Shown one piece after another: positions 26,079-35,767 of a stretch of 64,000 bases of DNA. Position numbers and translations under genes: made by a program. The notes beneath the pieces were generated by a model, which saw only the letters and a program-made list of their open reading frames with translations, ran no database searches and was not told the origin of the DNA. Source of the DNA: a virus; the IMG/VR virus record IMGVR_UViG_3300022200_000031, positions 1 to 64,000 of that record. The stretch is one strand, 5' to 3'. Position 1 is the stretch's first letter; each line of letters opens with the position of its first letter.

Positions 26079-26553
26079 AAAGAAGCGCAAGATGACCCCC
26101 GAGCAGAAAGCTGCTGCAGTTGAACGCCTTGCCAAAGCTCGTGAGAAGCGCCTGAAGGCAAATCCACCCGAGTATAAAAACATTGCTGATTCTGTTTTAG
26201 CGCTCCCAGAGGATCATCCTCTATCAATGCAAAAGGTCAAGCAGTGGATCAAGACTCAGAAAGACCTTTTGGCCGCTGAGAAGAGATCAGTGCGTTCTGA
26301 TCCTAAGCGTGGTGAGGCCAAGACTCTTGCCATCTCTGGTTATATTAACAACATGGAGGCCTACCTTCGTCATGGGGACTGGCAGGATCTCTTCTGGGGT
26401 GAGTATGCAGAGAACAAAATGGGTCATGTATGTACTCATCCGTCCTATGATAAGAATGGTGAGATCCAGCGTACAGTTGGTGTGTACTATAAGGATCTGG
26501 GCATGGAATGGACACATGGAATGGACCAAATGAATAGAGCTCGTAACAAATGA
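26068..26553 (+). CDS. conserved hypothetical protein upstream of gene 33
   Basis: MTPEQKAAAVERLAKARE; YLRHGDW. Confidence 0.65.
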   Translation: MAIRKKRKMTPEQKAAAVERLAKAREKRLKANPPEYKNIADSVLALPEDHPLSMQKVKQWIKTQKDLLAAEKRSVRSDPKRGEAKTLAISGYINNMEAYLRHGDWQDLFWGEYAENKMGHVCTHPSYDKNGEIQRTVGVYYKDLGMEWTHGMDQMNRARNK

Positions 26554-26789
26554 TGGACCTAGAAAACAAAATAATTACCAAGAAAAGATTTAGTGATGCT
26601 GTCGAGCAGTTGGTTGTACGTCATAAGCTGCCTTTCATGGAAGCAGTAATTGAGGTATGTGACAGCACCGGAATTGATCCAGCTGATGTGAAACGATTGC
26701 TTTCTGATTCAATTACCAATAAGATTGAGGCAGAGGCAATGAACCTGAATATGATTCCGAAGACCAATGAACTACCGTTCGACGATTAA
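26550..26789 (+). CDS. 33: late transcription coactivator gp33
   Basis: FS..VE..V, KIEAEAMNLNMI; synteny 33-59-32. Confidence 0.85.
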   Translation: MMDLENKIITKKRFSDAVEQLVVRHKLPFMEAVIEVCDSTGIDPADVKRLLSDSITNKIEAEAMNLNMIPKTNELPFDD

Positions 26790-26793
26790 CATA

Positions 26794-27396
26794 ATGGAAC
26801 CGTTTGAGGCCTATAAACTCTACCAGGCAGTGAAGTTACATTTTGATAGTGATAGTTATGATGCCGTCAAGTATAATTACAAGACGTCAGCTAAGGCTCA
26901 GGCTTTTTTTAAGAGGAAGGACAAATACTTCTTTGCGAAACTGGCCAAGAAGTATCCTAAGCAGAATCAATTGGTAGAGTACCTCGTGGCCCAGTTCACC
27001 AATGGATCCAAATGGGTTGGTGATATGGTTGATGAGGGAGGTGAGAAGAATTATCTCAACTGGCAAAAACATATACAAAGTCTGGGGTATGAATTCCAAA
27101 AAGATCTAAATACCCTTAGTACATGGTGCAATGCTGAACAACGACAGTTTGATGACCTCCTGACGGTCAGAGATAATCAGTACCCAGTAGTAGTGACCTT
27201 GTACTCTCGATCTGAGATCACGTTAGCGACAGTAGTGATACTAAATAAGCTGACGGGGTTTCTTGATAAAGCGAACAAAGAAGTTCGCGACCCTATTCTT
27301 TGGCCAGACCTTTATAGGAAGCTAAAGAAGACTGAACCTTTTATAGATGTGGATCTCAATAAAATGAGAAAAGCTGTTGTCAAAGAGTTCAGTTAG
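26794..27396 (+). CDS. 59: helicase loader gp59
   Basis: KLHF..YD..KY, RKDKYFF.KL; synteny. Confidence 0.9.
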   Translation: MEPFEAYKLYQAVKLHFDSDSYDAVKYNYKTSAKAQAFFKRKDKYFFAKLAKKYPKQNQLVEYLVAQFTNGSKWVGDMVDEGGEKNYLNWQKHIQSLGYEFQKDLNTLSTWCNAEQRQFDDLLTVRDNQYPVVVTLYSRSEITLATVVILNKLTGFLDKANKEVRDPILWPDLYRKLKKTEPFIDVDLNKMRKAVVKEFS

Positions 27397-27405
27397 TAGT
27401 ATAAT
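27377..27405 (+). promoter_or_regulatory. sigma70 promoter for gene 32
   Basis: TTGTCA-17 nt-TATAAT. Confidence 0.75.
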
Positions 27406-27470
27406 AGACGCATACATTATGAAGAAAGTGGACAACATAGTAATACAACGCATATACAAGGAGACAAATT

Positions 27471-28379
27471 ATGTCATTTGATGCACTCAAGCGCTCTCGC
27501 GGCGCATCCGTAAACGACCTTCTCGCTGCTGCCGATAAACTCACTGGTGGTACTCAACAAGAGAAGAAATCCTATGTCGATGATCGTATCTGGAAGCCAA
27601 CTGTAGATAAGGCCGGTAATGGTTACGCTGTAATCCGTTTCCTCCCTGCTGCGGAAGGTGAAGACCTCCCTTGGGCTCGTTATTGGGATCATGCATTCCA
27701 GGGTCCAACCGGTCAGTGGTACATCGAAAACTCTCTGACCTCTATTGGTCAGAATGATCCAGTATCAGAACTTAACTCTAAGCTCTGGAACACTGGTCTT
27801 GATGACGATAAGGCAACGGTTCGCAAGCAGAAGCGCCGTCTTAATTATGTCACAAATATTATGGTTCTTTCAGATCCAGGTAATCCTGAAAACGAAGGCA
27901 AGGTCTTCCTCTACAAGTTTGGTAAGAAGATCTATGACATGATCATGGATGTCATGCAGCCACAGTTCCAGGACGAGCAACCGGTTAATCCGTTTGACTT
28001 CTGGGAAGGTGCTGACTTCAAACTGAAGATCCGTAAGGTAGAAGGCTATCGTAACTACGATAAGTCTGAGTTTGCTTCTCCATCAGCTCTGATGGGTGGT
28101 GATGATTCTAAGCTCGAGCAGGTGTACAAATCGTTGTACTCTCTGAAGGAGTTCACTGATCCAGCAAACTATAAGTCATACGACGAGTTGAAACAGAAGC
28201 TCGATCGTGTACTGGGTGGTGTTGCAGCTCCAGTAACAACTGCAGAAGCAGTTGCATTGGACACTACAGCAGAGGCTCCAGTCATGCGTGAGGCACCTCA
28301 GCCAGTAGTAGCAACTGCTAATGATGAGGATGACGATGACACTCTGAGTTATTTCGCTAAACTAGCTAATGAGGGCTAA
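27471..28379 (+). CDS. 32: single-stranded DNA-binding protein gp32
   Basis: GNGYAVIRFLP, WYIENS, GKKI, YDKSEF, acidic tail DDTLSYFAKLA. Confidence 0.97.
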   Translation: MSFDALKRSRGASVNDLLAAADKLTGGTQQEKKSYVDDRIWKPTVDKAGNGYAVIRFLPAAEGEDLPWARYWDHAFQGPTGQWYIENSLTSIGQNDPVSELNSKLWNTGLDDDKATVRKQKRRLNYVTNIMVLSDPGNPENEGKVFLYKFGKKIYDMIMDVMQPQFQDEQPVNPFDFWEGADFKLKIRKVEGYRNYDKSEFASPSALMGGDDSKLEQVYKSLYSLKEFTDPANYKSYDELKQKLDRVLGGVAAPVTTAEAVALDTTAEAPVMREAPQPVVATANDEDDDDTLSYFAKLANEG

Positions 28380-28387
28380 GAAAGAGA

Positions 28388-28410
28388 AGCCCCCGAAAGG
28401 GGGCTTTTTT
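28388..28410. terminator. terminator between convergent gene 32 and tail genes
   Basis: AAGCCCCC-GAAA-GGGGGCTTTTTT. Confidence 0.9.
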
Positions 28411-28411
28411 A

Positions 28412-30073
28412 TTATGGGGCTGTCATCATACTTTCGTAAGAAGGACCTGGGGCAGCCTTCTTTGCACCCCCACTTCTTACATTGACAGATCCCGTAGAGC
28501 TGCTGTTACTCACATTGTTGGTTGTTGATGGAGCATTGATAATCACTGGAGCTGATTTACTCTTCATGTTGGCATTAGCATCCTGTGCTGCATCCAACTG
28601 AGCACCTGTTTGATTTGGAATAGGTTGAGCATCATCACTATTGAACCATCCCTTAATAGTTTCCCAACCACTCTGAGGAACATTTGGTGCAGGAGAGGAC
28701 ATTCCTGTGTTGCTGGTATCGTTCATGTTGCTTTCAGAACCAGAACCACCTTCTGACATATCTGGTGCCAGACCAGCCCACTTCAGACCCTTGCGAACAG
28801 AAACCGGCAGAGACATATAGATGTTCTCCCAAGAGAAAGTTTCATCCATCCATGTCTGGAAATCATCCCACCAACCAAACAAGGCATCACCAAGTCCACC
28901 TGCCCAATCTTTGAGATCAGTCCACTGCTTCTTGAGATTCTCCCATGAGAATGTTTCAGCAAACCAATCAATTACACCATCCACTGTATCAAAGATACCT
29001 TGGATTAGGTCATTAATTAATTCCTCGAAGGAGAATGAATCAAGCCACTTCTCTGCATCCTTGAAACCCAGCTTACCGAGAACCCAGGAGATCAGGCTCT
29101 TACCAAGATCCATGATGCCACCAACAAGGTTACCAACCAAGCCACCGAAGAATGCTCCGAGCTTAGAAATGAATCCACCTTCTTTATTCCAGGCAGCAAT
29201 TGCACCCTGCACTGTGGCAATGATTACTGTGATAGGCCAAGCAATCTTACTTGCAAGTTTGCCAAAGAAACCAAACGCTTTTGAGAACCCAGCAAAGTAC
29301 TTGCTGATGCTGGCAGTCATCTTTGACATCTTGCCAACGGTGCCCGTCATCTTCTTGAAGATGTAGATTGTAGGGCGGAAGAATCTATACAATGAGTTCA
29401 TCCAACCCCTGAACATATTGATCCCCTTGAGGACCAGTTGACCAGCTTTTGATTTGCCAAGAGAAGAAAACATCTTACTGATGCTCGTTCCTAGAGACTT
29501 GAAACCACTCTTGACAAGAGAGAAAAAGTCCTTACCAAGACCTTTCAATGCCTTGCCTAGTTCAATCACAAATGTCTTGAGGAAGATATATCCAAGTCTG
29601 AATGATCTGGTAATGTATCCAAGATACTTGTTAGTCTTCATGGATGCTTTGAGAATACGGCTACCCATCTTCTCCATTGTTGTAATAGATTTAAGAGAGA
29701 ACGCTTTCCATCCCTTGTACCATCCTTTCAGACCACCCACAATAGTACCAAGAGTACCAGCAAGCATCAGGCCCCAGCCAGCAATACCAAAGCCTTCTTC
29801 AGGTTTGGCATCCCCACCTTTGTCTTTTGGTTTGAGATCATGTAAAGCATCCAACATCTTCTCATTGAAGATCTGTTGTTCACGAGTCGCTTCGAGCTTA
29901 GCTAATGCATCACCAGTGACAGCAATGATAAGGTTTTCAAACTTCTCTTCGACCATATCATGAAACATATCAAGATACTCAACAGCCAGGTTGCTGTTGG
30001 CGCGCATGATCCCAAGATTCTCATTTGCAATCTCAAGTTCAAGTGTTACATCTGCTAATGTTGCTGCTGCCAT
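28412..30073 (-). CDS. 29: tape measure / baseplate hub protein (gp29-like)
   Basis: Amphipathic Gly/Phe/Trp-periodic helices; C-terminal PVIINAPSTTNN; follows 26-51. Confidence 0.65.
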   Translation of the reverse strand: MAAATLADVTLELEIANENLGIMRANSNLAVEYLDMFHDMVEEKFENLIIAVTGDALAKLEATREQQIFNEKMLDALHDLKPKDKGGDAKPEEGFGIAGWGLMLAGTLGTIVGGLKGWYKGWKAFSLKSITTMEKMGSRILKASMKTNKYLGYITRSFRLGYIFLKTFVIELGKALKGLGKDFFSLVKSGFKSLGTSISKMFSSLGKSKAGQLVLKGINMFRGWMNSLYRFFRPTIYIFKKMTGTVGKMSKMTASISKYFAGFSKAFGFFGKLASKIAWPITVIIATVQGAIAAWNKEGGFISKLGAFFGGLVGNLVGGIMDLGKSLISWVLGKLGFKDAEKWLDSFSFEELINDLIQGIFDTVDGVIDWFAETFSWENLKKQWTDLKDWAGGLGDALFGWWDDFQTWMDETFSWENIYMSLPVSVRKGLKWAGLAPDMSEGGSGSESNMNDTSNTGMSSPAPNVPQSGWETIKGWFNSDDAQPIPNQTGAQLDAAQDANANMKSKSAPVIINAPSTTNNVSNSSSTGSVNVRSGGAKKAAPGPSYESMMTAP

Positions 30074-30211
30074 TTAGTGTCTCTGCTTTGCTGCCTTCAT
30101 ACGTTCGTTTTCTGCCTTAATATGTTCCACGAGCATGGAAACATATATTTCCCTCTCCCATGGCATCATATTTTCCAATTCGGTTAAACTATACTGATGA
30201 TTCTGCATCAT
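30074..30211 (-). CDS. 51: baseplate hub assembly protein gp51 (possibly also made as a gp26-gp51 frameshift fusion)
   Basis: MMQNHQYSLTELENMMPWEREIYV. Confidence 0.85.
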   Translation of the reverse strand: MMQNHQYSLTELENMMPWEREIYVSMLVEHIKAENERMKAAKQRH

Positions 30212-30258
30212 CTGAAAGTTCACCTTGTAGTGGTTTACGAGGTTATCGTGGGAGAGGC

Positions 30259-30987
30259 CTAGGAGAAAAAATTCTGTAGACCCTCTACATGACGCTCGTT
30301 GTGATGACCACACTTGTCACAATCAAATACAATATCAGTATTGATTGAAGGAACTTCATTTGCAAATCCTGACAGAGCAGCAAACTGCTGTGCATTCATT
30401 GACTCAATGAAATCCAGTAACTCTTTCTTGGTATGATCCTTTGCATACAAAGTTTCATCACCGTAAAAAATAACATCGATCGATGCAATAATGGTTTCAA
30501 ACAACTGGTCTACTCTACTAGCCTCACTATTTGTGTCTCTAGTATGCTTCATAGTATCCATTGCATCTGCAACCGTTGGATACTTCATCTGAATAGACAG
30601 GTTATCACTAACCTTAACCAGCAAGTCCTTTTTACCTTGCATCTTCGGAGCTTCGATTGCAGCCAGATTAACGGTCACATCATTAAGCTCTTCACACTTC
30701 TCACACTTAAAGCGAATGTCAGTGGTTTCACCAACACTCTTTGATCTTAGCTGTAAGAAAATATACTCAAGATCAAATGGTGTGATATTCTTTGCATTGA
30801 GAGCACCATCAGTACAGCTACCAATTGTGTCAACCAATGCTTTTGTAATATTAACTTCGTCCTGTGACTCCAATGCAATCATCAGGACCTTTTCTTCTTT
30901 AACCAAGTATGGTCTAAATTGTACCACCTCACCACTCGATGGTACAGTCATACTATACTTCGGTGATGCTAAATTAGGCAATGCCAT
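30259..30987 (-). CDS. 26: baseplate hub assembly protein gp26
   Basis: MALP, FRPYLVKEEK, DLEYIFLQLRSKSVGE, two CxxC, EGLQNFF. Confidence 0.92.
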   Translation of the reverse strand: MALPNLASPKYSMTVPSSGEVVQFRPYLVKEEKVLMIALESQDEVNITKALVDTIGSCTDGALNAKNITPFDLEYIFLQLRSKSVGETTDIRFKCEKCEELNDVTVNLAAIEAPKMQGKKDLLVKVSDNLSIQMKYPTVADAMDTMKHTRDTNSEASRVDQLFETIIASIDVIFYGDETLYAKDHTKKELLDFIESMNAQQFAALSGFANEVPSINTDIVFDCDKCGHHNERHVEGLQNFFS

Positions 30988-31007
30988 ATCAATTCACTCC
31001 TTATAAA

Positions 31008-31709
31008 TTAGAAGAACGCGGAAGCCAATCCTCCCATAACGCTGTTCTTCGCCATGTCAAACAAGCCTTCAACTAATCCAGCTTCTTCCCAATAATCATA
31101 TGCAATAGTAACAGTTGCAGTAGCAACACTATTTTCCATACTATTACCTAGTTGTACACTATTTAGTCCAATAGGATAAGCATTTCTGAGTTTGATGCTC
31201 TTCACTGGAACAAAGTTAACACCACCCATCTGCTGAATAGTAATGTCGGAGGTGTAGTTGTTCTTGAATCCAAACGTGTAGAAGTTATCGTCCTGCTTCT
31301 GTACAACAAGATCCATCCATGATTGCCAGTAGCTCCATGCATAGTAATCGTTTGTTAGATTAAACGTCATTGTTACATCTTCATCAATGAACGCATTTGG
31401 TTTCTTAATACCACGAACAGATGTATAATGTTCCTGAGTGGTAATCTGGCGACCTGGAATGTTAACTGACTCACATAGCAGGAACATATCTCTAGGATCA
31501 TTAATAAACGATTTAAGACTGAACGATCCACCAGAGATCAGCGAGCGAGCCGCATTACCTGCAATCGATGCAAAGTCTGTATTGATCAGTCCACCCAGAC
31601 CACTATTACCTGGATGTGAAACATATATCGCAAATCTATTAGGGCGAGCTGCGCCACCTCTTCTTGTAATAGTCGATTTAAGTGTATCGACGTCCGCTGG
31701 CATTGTCAT
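31008..31709 (-). CDS. 54: baseplate tail-tube initiator gp54
   Basis: ARPNRF, CESVNIPGRQI, AYPI (tube-fold). Confidence 0.75.
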   Translation of the reverse strand: MTMPADVDTLKSTITRRGGAARPNRFAIYVSHPGNSGLGGLINTDFASIAGNAARSLISGGSFSLKSFINDPRDMFLLCESVNIPGRQITTQEHYTSVRGIKKPNAFIDEDVTMTFNLTNDYYAWSYWQSWMDLVVQKQDDNFYTFGFKNNYTSDITIQQMGGVNFVPVKSIKLRNAYPIGLNSVQLGNSMENSVATATVTIAYDYWEEAGLVEGLFDMAKNSVMGGLASAFF

Positions 31710-32293
31710 AATAGCATCTCTCTTGAATCTCTCCAGACCTTAGAAGCAGTTGCCTTCTGGAACTGGTGAACTGGTAAAAATGTTGCAATTTCCCAATCTG
31801 GTGGATCAATCTTCACGATCTTACTATCCACATGCGATGTTAGATAGCGATGATAGCATGGTTTAAAGTATCTCAACTTCCTCACTGATTTAATAATCTG
31901 GTAACGAGCACTGAAGCGAGAGGCCTCTGTGATGTTACTATCTGTTGTTCCCATCAGAGCATCAAGAAACTTGGCTCTGAGTTTCATTGGGAGGTAATGG
32001 AGATTGATACCATAAAACCCATTGGGTGCTTTATCGGCAAGAATAATTAATGGAAAAGCATCGTAGTATGGTAGCTTCTCTCTTAATTTTGGATCATAGA
32101 AAAACATATACATATCCCCAAGACGAGGACGTGCAACCTTCTCTGTGGATGGATCTTTCAGCAACTTATGCCTATTGATGTCCTTCAGACTACGAAGTTT
32201 GTCTTGGAACCATTGGCGCGACTCCTTTGTGCGTGGAGTGATGCCAGCACGGAACGCCTCTGCTTCTAATGTTTTAAATAATGATTCTGCCAT
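31706..32293 (-). CDS. 2: DNA end protector gp2
   Basis: YDPK, LPYYD.FPL, GINLHYLP, FLP. Confidence 0.93.
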   Translation of the reverse strand: MAESLFKTLEAEAFRAGITPRTKESRQWFQDKLRSLKDINRHKLLKDPSTEKVARPRLGDMYMFFYDPKLREKLPYYDAFPLIILADKAPNGFYGINLHYLPMKLRAKFLDALMGTTDSNITEASRFSARYQIIKSVRKLRYFKPCYHRYLTSHVDSKIVKIDPPDWEIATFLPVHQFQKATASKVWRDSREMLL

Positions 32294-32298
32294 AGATG

Positions 32299-32306
32299 TA
32301 TTTATA
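32299..32306 (-). promoter_or_regulatory. late promoter for the gene 2 operon
   Basis: TATTTATA on + strand (TATAAATA on -) just upstream of gene 2. Confidence 0.75.
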
Positions 32307-32308
32307 TG

Positions 32309-32337
32309 TTGACCTTCAATTGGTTTGGCAGTATAAT
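32309..32337 (+). promoter_or_regulatory. sigma70 promoter antisense to gene 4
   Basis: TTGACC-17 nt-TATAAT followed by G-tract GGAGGGGGGTGGG. Confidence 0.65.
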
Positions 32338-32364
32338 CCTACTGCCGCCGGAGGGGGGTGGGTA

Positions 32365-32808
32365 TTAGGCTAGCACCTTAATGTTAAGGGACTTCAATGT
32401 GTTCTCTGTCCATATCTGGAACTCCACATTATTGTCCATTGCAAACTCTCTTGCAGCGTGCCACTTTGATTGGTTCTTTGCATAGGTTAGAGACTCAGTG
32501 ATGAATCGCTTGGTACGCTTTTTAGGAGTTTTTGGAGGCTTGGTCTCACGGTCAGGTTTAATCTCAACGAGGTATCTTTTACCGTTGGCCAGTTTGAAGT
32601 AGATGTCGATGAAGTATCTATGACGCTTTTTATCAGTGGCACAGATGTATGGAATAACGATCTCCTCACTGTTCCACTCAATAACATCTGGATTATTCTC
32701 GAGCCATTTGAATACCTGGCGTTCCCATAATGATCTGTAAACCACCTTATCCGGATCGCCAACATACTTCTTCTTGTTTTTAACTTTATACTTTCCTTTG
32801 TAAGCCAT
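32365..32808 (-). CDS. 4: head completion nuclease gp4
   Basis: KYVGD, YRSLWE, WNSEE, VEIKP, NQSKW. Confidence 0.95.
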   Translation of the reverse strand: MAYKGKYKVKNKKKYVGDPDKVVYRSLWERQVFKWLENNPDVIEWNSEEIVIPYICATDKKRHRYFIDIYFKLANGKRYLVEIKPDRETKPPKTPKKRTKRFITESLTYAKNQSKWHAAREFAMDNNVEFQIWTENTLKSLNIKVLA

Positions 32809-32815
32809 ATAAATA
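32808..32815 (+). promoter_or_regulatory. late promoter for the baseplate operon
   Basis: TATAAATA overlapping the gene 4 start codon, upstream of gene 48. Confidence 0.75.
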
Positions 32816-32847
32816 CCTAAGAAACTTTCACTTTGGAGTTATAGATT

Positions 32848-33759
32848 ATGGCACTCACACAACTGCCTGATATTACATTAGATCCAATTGTTGTCACAGC
32901 AAAGAGATCTCCTGCCACCAGATTCATTTATCCATCCAATACTGGTAATGGTGGAGCGCCATTTATTCTATTTACCCGTCACAAACCAGTGTATGATGGC
33001 CAGGCAACAGATACGAAGCAGAAGCAATCTACTGCTATTACAGAACTATCTAGTATAGCTATGTATATCCCCATCAACCTGTCGGTTAGTGATAGTCAGC
33101 AATATGAGAATGCTGAATCAGGCATGATTGGTAATATTGTGAATGCAGCAATGAGTGGTGATCGCTCAATGATGGATCTTCTCCCTGAGGACTTTGATCT
33201 TGAGAACCCAGACATCTCTTCAATGCTGACAGCAGCGGGTCCAGGATTAACAGCAGCCGCATCCGGTGGTTTGGCTAAGGTGTTTGGCGGTTCGACATTT
33301 GGATCAGTATTGACAGGTGGTGGTATTCTTACTGGAGCCAGTAAAGCAGCTCAGGAAGCACGAAAGAGTACTCAGGCAACAATGAACCCAAGACAATTTG
33401 CATTATTTAAACAACCTAATATGAGATCGTTCTCGTTTGACTTTAGGTTTATCCCAGAGAGTGCTGGTGAATCAGACTCTGTTGTTAATATCATTAAAGA
33501 GTTTCGTACAGCAATGTATCCTGAGTTATCCAGTTCTGGCTTTGCATACACATTCCCGGATGCATTTGATATCTCATTTGAGAATGCAGCTGATATGATC
33601 AAGATTCCAGAGGTTGTATGCACCAGTGCAACTGTAACATACAACCCTAACGCTATGTCGTACTTCACACAGAACAGACGCCCTGTAGAAATTAATCTCT
33701 CACTTCAGTTCCAGGAACTGCAACCTATTCACAGAGAGATGGTCGAGAGAGGTTATTAA
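32848..33759 (+). CDS. 48: baseplate tail-tube cap gp48
   Basis: NP...LF..P..RSFSFDFRFIP.S..ES, LQFQEL. Confidence 0.85.
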   Translation: MALTQLPDITLDPIVVTAKRSPATRFIYPSNTGNGGAPFILFTRHKPVYDGQATDTKQKQSTAITELSSIAMYIPINLSVSDSQQYENAESGMIGNIVNAAMSGDRSMMDLLPEDFDLENPDISSMLTAAGPGLTAAASGGLAKVFGGSTFGSVLTGGGILTGASKAAQEARKSTQATMNPRQFALFKQPNMRSFSFDFRFIPESAGESDSVVNIIKEFRTAMYPELSSSGFAYTFPDAFDISFENAADMIKIPEVVCTSATVTYNPNAMSYFTQNRRPVEINLSLQFQELQPIHREMVERGY

Positions 33760-33760
33760 T

Positions 33761-34492
33761 ATGTACTTCAGATATTTTCCAAGAATTGATTATGATATTT
33801 ACGGCACAGGTGCCACTGTTAACATTCCAGCATTTACCTCCTTTGCTACAATCAGAGCCAGAAACCTTATTGATAATGTAGCATTCTATTCATACTACAC
33901 TGTGGCGGATGGTGAACGACCAGATAATGTATCACAGACCCTATATGGTACACCTAAGTATTACTGGACGTTCTTCATGATTAATGAGAGTCTGGTGAAC
34001 TACTATGATGATTGGCCGAAGGGTACTAACTTCCTAAAAGATTGGATCGACGCAAGATACAGCACAATTGCAGCAGTGACCTCCGCCCAGGGTGGTACGG
34101 ACGATATCATTTATGGTAAGTTCAATATTGGGGAGATTGTGGTTGGTCAGATTTCTGGTGCCACAGGATATGTTGTGGCTAAGTACCCAACAGATGGATA
34201 CGTGGAGATTCAGCCTATCAGTGGAACATTCCTGGGTCAGGAAGGTATTCAGGGAATTGACTCACAGGACTTCTTGTCTACAGAAAAGATCGTACCTAAG
34301 TCAATGGCTCCTCATCACCATATTGACATTTCAACTGGTGAGACAACTATTCGCCGTACAGCAGGTACAAGAGCAGTATCATTCTATGAGTATGAGCAAG
34401 AGAAAGATATTGAGAGAGCCCGTATTCGTGTAATCAAACCAGAATACATTAGACGTGTTGTTGATGATTTCATTAGAGAAATAGGTAAGTAA
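33761..34492 (+). CDS. 53: baseplate wedge gp53
   Basis: YFRYFP.IDY, LysM-like GERPD.VS..LYG...YYW, IRVIKPEY. Confidence 0.88.
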   Translation: MYFRYFPRIDYDIYGTGATVNIPAFTSFATIRARNLIDNVAFYSYYTVADGERPDNVSQTLYGTPKYYWTFFMINESLVNYYDDWPKGTNFLKDWIDARYSTIAAVTSAQGGTDDIIYGKFNIGEIVVGQISGATGYVVAKYPTDGYVEIQPISGTFLGQEGIQGIDSQDFLSTEKIVPKSMAPHHHIDISTGETTIRRTAGTRAVSFYEYEQEKDIERARIRVIKPEYIRRVVDDFIREIGK

Positions 34493-34495
34493 ATT

Positions 34496-35767
34496 ATGTC
34501 AGATTCAGCGGCCCCAAAGGTCCTTGACTTTCTTGAGGTTAGTCTTCTCACATATAACGGTAAGGCATTTGACATTACTGATAATGTGGCAGAATTCAAC
34601 TTGTATGAGGACATTGATAGTTTCTTCATACATGGGGAGATGACTGTATTTGACAACTCTGCTATTCTATTCGACTTTCCATTTATTGGCCAGGAAGCAA
34701 TCACCATTCGTTTTAAGCGGGTAGGAGATCTGACACAAATTGTAGAGCGCCAGTTCTTCGTTACAGGGGTGAATAATATCAGTCGTGTAAATGAACAAGC
34801 CGCCTCATTCATGCTAACTCTGGTTAGTTACTATCAGATCCTCAACTCACAAAAGACATTCTCGCGTTCGTATAGTGGCCTGAACACAGACATCATCAGT
34901 AAGATCTACAAGGATGCTTTTGATAGGGACTTAGATGAGGTATCAGAGGGTGGTACATCTCACAATGTAGTTATTCCATATAGTAAGCCATACGCAGCAA
35001 TTAAAACACTACTTCAATCAACCTATGCAACAGATCGCACTCCATTGTATCTGTTTGAGACCCTATATGACAATCAGGTAGTACTGAAGTCCTGGGGTGA
35101 TATGATGGGGGCTGATGTTGATGAAGAACTTGGTGATATGGGAAATGTTACTCCATTCAGTTTAGCCAACAAGGGTGCGGATGGTAAAGCAACACGTGAG
35201 GCAACTCAATGGCAGACTCGATTCGAGTTCATTAAGGTTAAAAAGGCATACGACTCATTCAATGATATCGCACAAGGCAACCTGAACCATCAGATTAATA
35301 CTGTTGATATCTCCCGCAAGAATTATTCTGAGTCTGTGTTTGATTATACAAAGAACGCAATGCCTCTAATGAATGATTATGTTCAGCAAGATATGCGCGA
35401 TGGGATTACAAAGTATTCCCGCATGAGATTACAAAAGACAAATGATATGGCATATCAGAACCTACCTGTTCTTAATAGTGCCACCCCACAATCACTTTCT
35501 GCGTTTGGTTCATATAGCAGAAGAAGAGAAACTACAGTTCTGCAAGCAATCGGTCCGGGCATGGAAAGATTGAGATGTGGTAGATGTGTATGGGTGGATA
35601 TGCCATTGTATATGCCAATGCACTCACAAGGTGATGAGGAATTGGATCTATACACATCAGGTAAATATCTGGTTAGTGCTATTTGCCATACATACACAAA
35701 GCAGAAGTATGAAGTGACCGTTGAATTGGTTCGAGATGGCTATAATAAAAATGCGGAGATTAAATAA
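34496..35767 (+). CDS. baseplate hub protein (gp27-like)
   Basis: LYEDI, P.IGQE, YLFET, SGKYLV.AI.H; position before gene 5. Confidence 0.6.
   Translation: MSDSAAPKVLDFLEVSLLTYNGKAFDITDNVAEFNLYEDIDSFFIHGEMTVFDNSAILFDFPFIGQEAITIRFKRVGDLTQIVERQFFVTGVNNISRVNEQAASFMLTLVSYYQILNSQKTFSRSYSGLNTDIISKIYKDAFDRDLDEVSEGGTSHNVVIPYSKPYAAIKTLLQSTYATDRTPLYLFETLYDNQVVLKSWGDMMGADVDEELGDMGNVTPFSLANKGADGKATREATQWQTRFEFIKVKKAYDSFNDIAQGNLNHQINTVDISRKNYSESVFDYTKNAMPLMNDYVQQDMRDGITKYSRMRLQKTNDMAYQNLPVLNSATPQSLSAFGSYSRRRETTVLQAIGPGMERLRCGRCVWVDMPLYMPMHSQGDEELDLYTSGKYLVSAICHTYTKQKYEVTVELVRDGYNKNAEIK

Noticed and set aside
28684-29963. Plus-strand ORFs opposite the tape-measure gene
   Set aside because: Shadow frames downstream of the gene 32 terminator
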